Source: a virus
Taxonomy: Duplodnaviria > Caudoviricetes
IMG/VR virus record: IMGVR_UViG_3300011337_000396
Location: 1 to 37,646 of that record
Length of the DNA stretch: 37,646 bases
Direction: 5' to 3' (one strand)
Shown here: in pieces, positions 17,652 to 24,405 of the stretch
Position numbering within the stretch: the first letter of the stretch is position 1
Layout of the letters: the number at the start of each line of letters is the position of its first letter
Notes under the pieces: model-generated
Databases searched by the model: none
Told to the model about the DNA's origin: nothing
What the model saw: the letters and a program-made list of their open reading frames with translations, nothing else
Program-made: the position numbers and the translations under genes

Positions 17652-17725
17652 GCCGGCGGCCGTGTGCGCTGTGACATAGACCACGCCTAGCCGTGTGCGC
17701 TGCGCCAGCGCACACGGCCGCCGGC
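17652..17725. repeat. Perfect 20-bp inverted repeat with an internal 13-bp duplicate arm
   Basis: GCCGGCGGCCGTGTGCGCTG (17652-17671) / CAGCGCACACGGCCGCCGGC (17706-17725); GCCGTGTGCGCTG repeated at 17690-17702. Confidence 0.9.
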
Positions 17726-17832
17726 AAGCGGTCGCGCACATGGTTCATGATGGCGAGCAATTGCGTGCGAGTGATCCGGCGCGCGTCGACTAACGGCGCC
17801 AGCGCGTCGACTAGATCCATTGGCGTGGTGAG

Positions 17833-18165
17833 TCGGGCAGTTTGGGCAATTCGGGCAATGGCTGGCATGGTGGTTTCTCTTCAAGCGTAGGAACTAGACA
17901 TAATCTTGAAATTACGCGCCCACAAGCGTCGGTGGGGCAATCATGGGTCATTTGGGCGGTCGAAAACGCAAACCGCAGTCGCTTAAAATTGTAAGCGTAA
18001 TTTTACGCCGCAGCGGTAACTGTAGCTATACTATATATTATTAACTTAATTGAAAGTTGAAGTAGATGACAATATAGCCCAAACCCATCTCATAGCGGCG
18101 CGTTTTCAATCACTTAGCAATGGGCAGTCCAGAACAACCCATTGGCGCCCACGCCGCCCAAAAAT
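17833..18165. other. Putative replication origin: GGGC(A) repeats flanking an AT-rich core
   Basis: Three 9-bp units TYGGGCART at 17833-17859, more at 17933-17958, AT-rich 17984-18060, inverted GCCCA copies at 18076-18162. Confidence 0.5.
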
Positions 18166-18170
18166 AACGC

Positions 18171-18207
18171 TTGACCATTCCCACCATACGCGCTAGATAT
18201 TTTCTAG
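18171..18207 (+). promoter_or_regulatory. Early sigma70-type promoter with an overlapping palindrome
   Basis: TTGACC-N17-TAGATA (GCTAGATA resembles the alphaproteobacterial -10); CTAGA-N5-TCTAG overlaps the -10. Confidence 0.65.
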
Positions 18208-18253
18208 TGGCGCTCTTTTGGCGCACACTTCAAATCAATGAGAATATACCAAC

Positions 18254-18343
18254 ATGAACCAGACAATCGAGACACTCGCCGCCACCGTCGGCGTCATCAT
18301 GCTCGCAGCGCTTGCGTTCGCAGCGCCGTTCTACGTCCTCTAA
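18254..18343 (+). CDS. 29-aa single-TM peptide
   Basis: Not in the ORF track: MNQTIETLAATVGVIMLAALAFAAPFYVL; first ORF after the promoter; weak RBS (TGAGA). Confidence 0.55.
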   Translation: MNQTIETLAATVGVIMLAALAFAAPFYVL

Positions 18344-18369
18344 CTCAAAACTAATGAAAGGTTAGCATC

Positions 18370-19116
18370 ATGTCTCAAATATCCTCCGCCATAATCTATC
18401 GCGGTCCGTCGCTTCTCGACGGCGCGCCGATTGTCGTTATCGCCATTGACAGCGCGCGCAATACCAAGACCGGCCGCATGGTCCAGACCTATATCCTGCG
18501 CGCGGACATTGATCCGCGCGAAGCGAGCAAGAGCGGCGCCGACGCGTCCATCTGTGGCGCGTGTCCTCACCGTGGCGCGCCCACGACGGACCCGGACGCC
18601 AAGCAAGCCGCTGGCCGCTCGTGCTATGTGCTGCTGGGACAGGGTCCGCTTATCGCCTACCGCACCATGTTGCGCGGGGGCTATCCTACCGTCACTGGCC
18701 ATGCGGCGATTGCCGCCATTGGCGCCGGCAAGCTCGTGCGCCTTGGCACGTATGGTGATCCGGCCGCCGTCCCGTCATACGTATGGGAGAGCCTCATTTC
18801 CCAAGCCGCAGGGCATACCGCATACTCGCATCAAGCCAGCGTTTCCGGCGCCGCGTTCCGGCCGGACTACATGATGCAATCGGCCGACACTGAACAGGAC
18901 GCGCGCGCCGCATGGGCGGCCGGCCGCCGGACGTTTCGCGTGGTCGCCAGCGCCGCCGATATCGTCCCCGGCCGTGAGATCCTTTGCCCCGCCTCAAAGG
19001 AAGCCGGCCGCCGCGTCACATGCTCGCAATGCAAGCTATGCGGCGGCGCCAGCGTCCAAGCAAAGTCTATCGCCATCCCCGACCACGGTCCGCAACGCAA
19101 GCGGCGCGCCGCCTAA
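18370..19116 (+). CDS. Cys-rich putative Fe-S enzyme (atypical radical-SAM/Gp88-like)
   Basis: NTKTG, ICGACPH...SCYV, VRLGTYGDP, YSH, CPA...TCSQCKLC...HG; no canonical CxxxCxxC; GAAAGG RBS. Confidence 0.55.
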   Translation: MSQISSAIIYRGPSLLDGAPIVVIAIDSARNTKTGRMVQTYILRADIDPREASKSGADASICGACPHRGAPTTDPDAKQAAGRSCYVLLGQGPLIAYRTMLRGGYPTVTGHAAIAAIGAGKLVRLGTYGDPAAVPSYVWESLISQAAGHTAYSHQASVSGAAFRPDYMMQSADTEQDARAAWAAGRRTFRVVASAADIVPGREILCPASKEAGRRVTCSQCKLCGGASVQAKSIAIPDHGPQRKRRAA

Positions 19117-19177
19117 CGTCACACCATAAGGCGGCCGCATGGCGCGGCCGTCACTCACACAAGCAAAGGACAAGACA

Positions 19178-19444
19178 ATGAGCAAGCTTAAGACTGACTG
19201 GCGGATTGTGAAGTCTGCTACCAGGCGCGGACAATGGGATATTGAAACGCGTACCTTCACACGCGGCGCGCAAGGCGCATGGGAGCTAGCGCAAAACTGG
19301 ACGCGCCATAGCGTCGCCGACAGCAAGCGTGCGGCGCTGGCGCGTATCATGCTCCTGCGGGAGCGTGGCGAACGCGTCACATGGTCCGGCGGTCCAATCC
19401 GGCTTGGCGTCGCGCTCATGGAAGCCGATGGGCTTGTCACCTAA
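19178..19444 (+). CDS. Hypothetical protein
   Basis: AAAGGA RBS, ATG at 19178, 88 aa. Confidence 0.7.
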   Translation: MSKLKTDWRIVKSATRRGQWDIETRTFTRGAQGAWELAQNWTRHSVADSKRAALARIMLLRERGERVTWSGGPIRLGVALMEADGLVT

Positions 19445-19486
19445 ACAAGATAATGCTTAACTGGACTAGCAAGGTAAGGGCAAACC

Positions 19487-19633
19487 ATGACACATATCTA
19501 TGTCTATACAGTACCGGCCGCTTGGATCGACGCGCCCCGCGAAGCGTATTACGTCACGTACGATTGCGCGCCGGTTTCCCACGCGTACGATATCAGCAAA
19601 CCCCCCAGCCATTGCACGCTGCTAATCCTATAA
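19487..19633 (+). CDS. 48-aa Tyr-rich peptide upstream of the ribozyme
   Basis: Not in the ORF track: TAAGGG RBS, MTHIYVYTVPAAWIDAPREAYYVTYDC...LLIL; its stop abuts hammerhead stem II. Confidence 0.55.
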   Translation: MTHIYVYTVPAAWIDAPREAYYVTYDCAPVSHAYDISKPPSHCTLLIL

Positions 19634-19688
19634 GCCGAAACGGCGCGCCCCGGCGCCGTCTGACCGTAAGGCGGTCACTGAAGAGGCT
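19633..19688 (+). ncRNA. Type II hammerhead ribozyme
   Basis: AGCC-GAAA-stem III (CGGCGC/GCGCCG)-UC-stem I (UGACCG/CGGUCA)-CUGAAGA-GGCU: full CUGANGA/GAAA/GUC core with three closed helices; predicted cut after C19660. Confidence 0.92.
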
Positions 19689-19706
19689 ACAAAAGAGGGA
19701 TACGAC

Positions 19707-20003
19707 ATGAAAAGCACACTAAAGCCTGGCGACCGCGTCGCCTATGCGGCTAAGTTTCTGAAGGACACTGGACAGTTTACCGGCGGCGCCGGCGAACGTC
19801 GCGGAACGTACCTACGCTCCGCGCCCGGTATGCCAAAGTATGGTTATGTCCGGTGGGACGATGAGGCTGAGCGCATTGCGGCCGGCCAAAACGACTATGC
19901 CGAAGCCGACTATTGCGAAGCCGTTCGCCGGGACGGCAGCCTTGTTTGCCTGCCTAACATCGCCCGCGTGGGCTCCCCACGCTTCGCGCTTAATGACCTG
20001 TGA
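19707..20003 (+). CDS. Hypothetical protein (SH3-like LKPGDRV...VRWD pattern)
   Basis: GAGGGA RBS, 98 aa, directly downstream of the ribozyme. Confidence 0.7.
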   Translation: MKSTLKPGDRVAYAAKFLKDTGQFTGGAGERRGTYLRSAPGMPKYGYVRWDDEAERIAAGQNDYAEADYCEAVRRDGSLVCLPNIARVGSPRFALNDL

Positions 20004-20011
20004 GGTTTACG

Positions 20012-20320
20012 ATGCCATTCAATCCTGACGCGCATGAGAAGCGCATGGGCGCCCACGTCTATAACGTCGAGGGCGGCGTGGATCTGACGCCTTGGGGCTT
20101 CCCCGGCGTCACGTTCGAAGGCGACGTTGACATAGACATCGAGGGCGACGCGCAGAACATGTGGTACGTGGGCGCCGTTCACGCGCTCGACTCCAAGGGC
20201 AACACACACCACTATGACCTTCACCAAGGTATAGGCGAGGCGGTCGTAGCGGCGCTGTATGCCGACACGTTCCACAGCCAGCTAATCGAGGACGCGTGCT
20301 GGTATCACGGAGAGGACTGA
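20012..20320 (+). CDS. Acidic hypothetical protein
   Basis: GAGGT RBS, ATG at 20012, Asp/Glu-rich. Confidence 0.7.
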   Translation: MPFNPDAHEKRMGAHVYNVEGGVDLTPWGFPGVTFEGDVDIDIEGDAQNMWYVGAVHALDSKGNTHHYDLHQGIGEAVVAALYADTFHSQLIEDACWYHGED

Positions 20321-20322
20321 TC

Positions 20323-20628
20323 ATGCCTAAGCTCAACCTGAAATCGAGCTGGTACGTACAACGCCGATACGCGCCGCGCGACCACTGGCTAGGGCTCAAG
20401 GGGCGGCCGCTGGCGGCCTATCGCGCCACCGAATACGCGCGCTGGCTTGCGCAACGCGACGGCCTGACGTTGCCCGATGTGCCCGGCCGCGTCGACTGGA
20501 ACCGCGCGCCCGGCCAAGAGTGGCGCCCGTGCGCGGTATGGTTCGGGGCGGTTCGCGTCGCAATCCCGCACTGGGATTACGTCGAGCGGCCGCCGATCGT
20601 CGAATACGAGGTGGACCTAAATGTTTGA
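20323..20628 (+). CDS. Hypothetical protein
   Basis: GAGGA RBS, ATG at 20323 (MPKLNLK). Confidence 0.7.
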   Translation: MPKLNLKSSWYVQRRYAPRDHWLGLKGRPLAAYRATEYARWLAQRDGLTLPDVPGRVDWNRAPGQEWRPCAVWFGAVRVAIPHWDYVERPPIVEYEVDLNV

Positions 20629-20752
20629 CCCATTCCCCATAGCAGTGCTGATCTTTGTGATTGCACCCGCCGTCATACTTGGAGCGGCGGCCTTTATGGC
20701 CGCTGCGACTGAGGAACCCCCAACCGAACGGAAACAGGACAATGAGCCGTGA
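20621..20752 (+). CDS. 43-aa single-TM peptide
   Basis: Not in the ORF track: GAGGTGG RBS, MFDPFPIAVLIFVIAPAVILGAAAFMAAATEEPP...; fills the gap between neighbours. Confidence 0.65.
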   Translation: MFDPFPIAVLIFVIAPAVILGAAAFMAAATEEPPTERKQDNEP

Positions 20753-21005
20753 CCTCTTTACTCACCTCGATCTTGGCCCTGATCTACAACCTGACGCGCC
20801 CAAGGCGCCAACAGTAACAAGCCCCATGGCCGGCCTGACGACGACGCGCCATGCCGACGGGACGCGAACGCTCATGCACGGGACGACCGTGCTGGGGCAT
20901 TATGAACGCAGGGGCGACTGGCGCGGCGTCACCGACGGGGGCGCCCTCGTGCGCTCGACGACAGAGACAGGCGTACGACGCGCGATTGTGGAGGCGGCGC
21001 TATGA
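20742..21005 (+). CDS. Hypothetical protein
   Basis: AGGA RBS, ATG at 20742 (MSRDLF), ATGA coupling to the next gene. Confidence 0.65.
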   Translation: MSRDLFTHLDLGPDLQPDAPKAPTVTSPMAGLTTTRHADGTRTLMHGTTVLGHYERRGDWRGVTDGGALVRSTTETGVRRAIVEAAL

Positions 21006-21409
21006 CAGACGCAATAGATTACAGGGAGCACGCCAAGGCGACGCGCCAGCGCATCATAGAGGCGGGCTTGCGCCATGCGCGCAACGTCGCCCAACGCGAA
21101 GCGGAGGCGGCTGCGCGGGCGCTGCAACGCGCCAAGGGAGAGCGCACCGCCGGCATGCCGGCAACGGACCCCGAACTGCGCGCGCAGATTGCGGCTGTGT
21201 TGGTCGCCCACGGGCGCACATGGGCCGACATCGTGTCTCACCAACGCGCCCGCTACCTGCACCCGCCCCGCCAAGACGTTTACGCAATCTTGCGCGGCCG
21301 AGGTTGGAGCCTGCCCATCATTGCCCGGTTCTGCAACCGGGATCATACATCCATTCTTTACGCACTGCGCAAACACGCTGAAAGGAGCCACCATGCCGAC
21401 GCTACTTGA
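21002..21409 (+). CDS. Stand-alone DnaA C-terminal (domain IV)-like HTH protein
   Basis: PRQDVYAILR..WSLPIIARFCNRDHTSILYALRK matches the DnaA signature SLxxIGxxFxRDHTTV; GGAGG RBS. Confidence 0.8.
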   Translation: MTDAIDYREHAKATRQRIIEAGLRHARNVAQREAEAAARALQRAKGERTAGMPATDPELRAQIAAVLVAHGRTWADIVSHQRARYLHPPRQDVYAILRGRGWSLPIIARFCNRDHTSILYALRKHAERSHHADAT

Positions 21410-21674
21410 TGAACGCGAACAAACGCACGGCCGCTTTGAGGAAGTCGCCTATACCGCCCGGACCATACGCTACGCCATGACGCGCGGCGGCTTGTCGGCG
21501 GTCCAGGAGGAGGCGCTGGGGATGATTGCCAGCAAACTGGCGCGCATTACCTGCGGCAACCCTGACGAAATGGATCACTGGCGCGACATCGCCGGTTACG
21601 CTGAGTTGGTTGTGCGCGACCTGCGGCGCAAGGAGATTACCCACCAAGCCGATGAGGTGTTGAGCCATGTCTGA
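21393..21674 (+). CDS. DUF6378-like protein
   Basis: AAAGGAG RBS, ATG at 21393; LDEREQTHG...KLARITCGNP...DHWRDIAGYAELV motif. Confidence 0.7.
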   Translation: MPTLLDEREQTHGRFEEVAYTARTIRYAMTRGGLSAVQEEALGMIASKLARITCGNPDEMDHWRDIAGYAELVVRDLRRKEITHQADEVLSHV

Positions 21675-22008
21675 CGACAAAGACATCTGCGAGCGTCTGG
21701 AAGACCAGAGTATCGATGGCGCGATCTACCTGCGCTTCAATGCGGCGAAGGAGATCAGATATCTGCGTTACTACGTGGCGCGGCTGGAAGGCGACCTCGC
21801 CAAGGAAGAGTTCGAACATGCGAAGACGAAGATCGCATTGCAAAAGGTGCAGGAGCACAGCAGCAAGCAAGCTCTCGACATCGTGACACTCGGGCAAGAG
21901 GTGGGGCGGCTGCGGGAGGCGCTGGAAGGCGTGATCCGCATAGCCGACCGCGATTGCCCGGAGTTTCGTGCGGCCCGAGCCGCCCTCGCACAGAAGGAGG
22001 AGATGTGA
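21667..22008 (+). CDS. Cassette-array gene 1 (coiled-coil)
   Basis: DICERL / AAKEIRYLR / RLREALE / ARAALAQKE motifs. Confidence 0.75.
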   Translation: MSDDKDICERLEDQSIDGAIYLRFNAAKEIRYLRYYVARLEGDLAKEEFEHAKTKIALQKVQEHSSKQALDIVTLGQEVGRLREALEGVIRIADRDCPEFRAARAALAQKEEM

Positions 22009-22325
22009 TGGACATCCTTGATAAGCTGAGAGACAGGGCGAACGCCCCGAACCTTGCGGTTTCTGAACTGAACCACGATGCGGCAGATGAGATCGAGCGG
22101 CTGCGGGCATGGGTCTCCGTGAAGACACAGGAAGAAGCCAGAGCACACGACTACTCGGTCAGGATGCACGTCGAAAACGCGCGGCTGCGGGAGGCGCTGG
22201 AAGAGATTGCAAACGCGCCTGTGCCAGATACTCGCTTCAACGGCAGGGGCTATGTCCCCGACTTTGATGGCTTCAAACCAATCGCCCGCGCCGCCCTCGC
22301 AGGACAGGAGGAGAAAGGGTTATGA
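22008..22325 (+). CDS. Cassette-array gene 2
   Basis: True start 22008: MDILDKLR / AADEIERLR / RLREALEEIA / ARAALAGQE. Confidence 0.75.
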   Translation: MDILDKLRDRANAPNLAVSELNHDAADEIERLRAWVSVKTQEEARAHDYSVRMHVENARLREALEEIANAPVPDTRFNGRGYVPDFDGFKPIARAALAGQEEKGL

Positions 22326-22894
22326 TAACGACCACACTAAATCGCATCCGAGCGCACTCCCCCTGCATACAAGGTTGGGAGAAACTCCTCTCAGGCCTTG
22401 GTAAAACCAAAGCTGATGATGAGAAGCTCCCCTTCGCCACTATTGTAGAAATCAACGGACTTGACGATGCTCTTTGGTGCTGCCGTGCAGAGCCACAATA
22501 CAACTGCGAGTGGCGACTGTTTTCTGTTTGGTGTGCTCGACAGGTTCAGCACCTCATGACTGACACAAGATCGGTCACGGCGCTAGATATAGCAGAGCGG
22601 CACGCTAACGGAGAGGCGACAGATGCAGAACTATTAGCCGCACGGATTGCCGCACAGGATGCCGCATGGGATGCCGCATGGGATGCCGCATGGGATGCCG
22701 CACGGGCTGCCGCATGGGCTGCCGCATGGACTGCCGCATGGGATGCCGCACAGGATGCCGCATGGGCTGCCGCATGGGCTGCCGCACGGGCTGCCGCACG
22801 GGATGCCGCACGGGATGCCCAGACTGTTGAGTTCTTGCGCCTAGTCAACGAGACGCCTGCCCGCGCCGTTCTCGCAGAACAGGGAGAGAGGTGA
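22322..22894 (+). CDS. Cassette-array gene 3: Imm5-like domain with AAW/AAR tetrapeptide repeats
   Basis: NGLDDALW...[11 protein letters not shown]...[12 protein letters not shown] followed by 15 AAxx repeats; ends [11 protein letters not shown]. Confidence 0.75.
   Translation: MITTTLNRIRAHSPCIQGWEKLLSGLGKTKADDEKLPFATIVEINGLDDALWCCRAEPQYNCEWRLFSVWCARQVQHLMTDTRSVTALDIAERHANGEATDAELLAARIAAQDAAWDAAWDAAWDAARAAAWAAAWTAAWDAAQDAAWAAAWAAARAAARDAARDAQTVEFLRLVNETPARAVLAEQGER
22637..22816 (+). repeat. 15 x 12-bp coding tandem repeat
   Basis: GCCGCAYRGRHT units in frame ([12 protein letters not shown] etc.). Confidence 0.95.
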
Positions 22895-22895
22895 A

Positions 22896-23318
22896 ATGAG
22901 CAACATTATTGAGAGATTGCGCTGGCACTCGGAGGATCAGGCCACAGGTAAGTTGCGCCTCACTAACCCAGATGGCCCGGAAGCCGCCGCAGAGATTGAA
23001 CGCCTCCGCGCCGAGAACGAGCGGCTGCGTGAGGCAAAAGACGGCGCATACGAAGAACGCAATCGCGTTGTTGCCTTGCTTGCCAGCGTGTTTCCATCAG
23101 GCGTGAGGAAAACTGCAATTCCCGGATGGGAGCCAGAATGGCACGACTGCGTCTACATTGACCTGCCTACCGGGCAGGCGTCGTGGCACTACCACGACAG
23201 TCAAGCATACTTGTTTGCCCACCTGCCGCCGTATCGGGGCGAGTGGGACGGCCACACAACGGATGTAAAGTATGAGCGCGTCGCCCGCGCCGCCCTCGCA
23301 GAACAGGAGGATAAGTGA
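22896..23318 (+). CDS. Cassette-array gene 4 carrying a WDGH-type domain
   Basis: IIERLR / AAAEIERLR / RLREA then YEERN...YIDLPTGQASWHY...WDGHT, ending ARAALAEQE. Confidence 0.75.
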   Translation: MSNIIERLRWHSEDQATGKLRLTNPDGPEAAAEIERLRAENERLREAKDGAYEERNRVVALLASVFPSGVRKTAIPGWEPEWHDCVYIDLPTGQASWHYHDSQAYLFAHLPPYRGEWDGHTTDVKYERVARAALAEQEDK

Positions 23319-23569
23319 TGGACGACGACCTGCTTGAGCAACTTCGCACCCGTCATATCAAGCTAGGCTACGAACTGCCGACAGAGAGTTTGTTTTCAGC
23401 CGCCGCCGACGAGATTGAACGCCTCAATGGCCTAGAATCGCGGCTGCGAGAAGCGCTGGAGGACATTGCAAGCGGCAGGTATAGCGGCGTCCTGCTTACC
23501 AGCTTCCCGCCGAAAGACCCCGCCGTAGAGCGCGCCCGTGCTGCCCTCGCAGAACAGGGAGAGAAGTGA
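23318..23569 (+). CDS. Cassette-array gene 5
   Basis: DLLEQLR / AADEIERL / RLREALEDIA / ARAALAEQG. Confidence 0.75.
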   Translation: MDDDLLEQLRTRHIKLGYELPTESLFSAAADEIERLNGLESRLREALEDIASGRYSGVLLTSFPPKDPAVERARAALAEQGEK

Positions 23570-23745
23570 TGAACGACAAGCCGAAATCTAATCGCGGGTT
23601 CGCATCTATGACGCCCGAACGGCGCCGCGAACTTGCCAGCCAAGGCGGCAAGGCGGTTAACCCTGCCAATCGCGCCTTCGCGCTAAACCGTGATCTTGCG
23701 TCCGCCGCCGCGAAGAAGCGGTTTCAGAAGGAGCCCACCAAGTGA
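23569..23745 (+). CDS. KGG-motif (YciG/general stress-like) small protein
   Basis: Not in the ORF track; 58 aa, RGFASMTPERRRELASQGGKA...RAFALNRDLASAA; coupled to both neighbours. Confidence 0.8.
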   Translation: MNDKPKSNRGFASMTPERRRELASQGGKAVNPANRAFALNRDLASAAAKKRFQKEPTK

Positions 23746-24197
23746 TCTTACCCGCCCAACACATTCGCGCCGCCACCATTGTGCAACCTTTCGTCGAGCG
23801 CACGCACCATACCCTGTCGGGCATGACATACGGGCTTGGGCCGGCCGGTTATGACGTCCGCATCGCCGAGCGCATTTTGCTGAAGCCAGGAGCGTTCGCG
23901 CTCGCATCGACCGTCGAGCGGTTCACCATGGGTGACGACCTGATCGGGTTCGTTCACGACAAGTCCACATGGGCGCGCCAAGGCCTCGCCGTGCAGAACA
24001 CGGTGATCGAGCCCGGCTGGCAGGGCTGGCTGACGCTGGAGCTGACCAACCACGGCTACAGTGACCTGGCGATCGAAAGCGGCTCGCCCATCGCGCAGGT
24101 GATCTTCCACCGGCTGCCGGAGCCGACTGAAGTGCCCTACCAAGGCAAGTACCAGAACCAATTGCCCGGCCCCCAGCCCGCGAGGTTCAACCCGTGA
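23742..24197 (+). CDS. dcd: dCTP deaminase
   Basis: YGLGPAGYDVR, DKSTWARQGL, TVIEPGWQGWLTLELTN, IAQVIF, YQGKYQNQ motifs. Confidence 0.9.
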   Translation: MILPAQHIRAATIVQPFVERTHHTLSGMTYGLGPAGYDVRIAERILLKPGAFALASTVERFTMGDDLIGFVHDKSTWARQGLAVQNTVIEPGWQGWLTLELTNHGYSDLAIESGSPIAQVIFHRLPEPTEVPYQGKYQNQLPGPQPARFNP

Positions 24198-24379
24198 TCG
24201 TCAAGAAAATGCGCCAACATCAAGGCAAGTCCGACGGCAAACAGCTCCAAGGCGTTTTCAACGCTTCCCGCACCGCCGTCACCAGCAAGCCCGTATCGCT
24301 TCCCAAGGTGGGCGGCCTTACGCTACAAGAGATTGAGGCCAAGTACGGCCCAGCTAAACCGCAAGGCCAACGGAGATAA
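24194..24379 (+). CDS. Small basic hypothetical protein
   Basis: GTGA coupling with dcd, GAGGT RBS, 61 aa. Confidence 0.6.
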   Translation: MIVKKMRQHQGKSDGKQLQGVFNASRTAVTSKPVSLPKVGGLTLQEIEAKYGPAKPQGQRR

Positions 24380-24405
24380 CGGTCCTGCCAGCAACAGGAG
24401 ACAGT

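Larger units (their letters stand above)
21973..23571 (+). repeat. Five dispersed ~38-42 bp gene-junction repeats
   Basis: GCCCGHGCYGYYCTCGCA-NNN-MAGG-purine-rich RBS-stop/ATG at 21973, 22284, 22859, 23283 and 23534. Confidence 0.9.

Noticed and set aside
17488-17868. 127-aa N-terminal extension of terS in the ORF track
   Set aside because: It runs through inverted repeats and the A/T tract and gives low-complexity sequence; 17487 is the more plausible start.
22637-22816. 12-bp repeat as CRISPR, or the alternative-frame MPHG/MRQP ORFs as genes
   Set aside because: No spacers; the alternative frames are by-products of the repeat and lack RBS or operon fit.
21973-23571. Junction repeats as a CRISPR array or integron attC sites
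   Set aside because: Spacing is 250-575 bp, repeats are coding and non-palindromic, and no cas1/cas2 or integron integrase is present.
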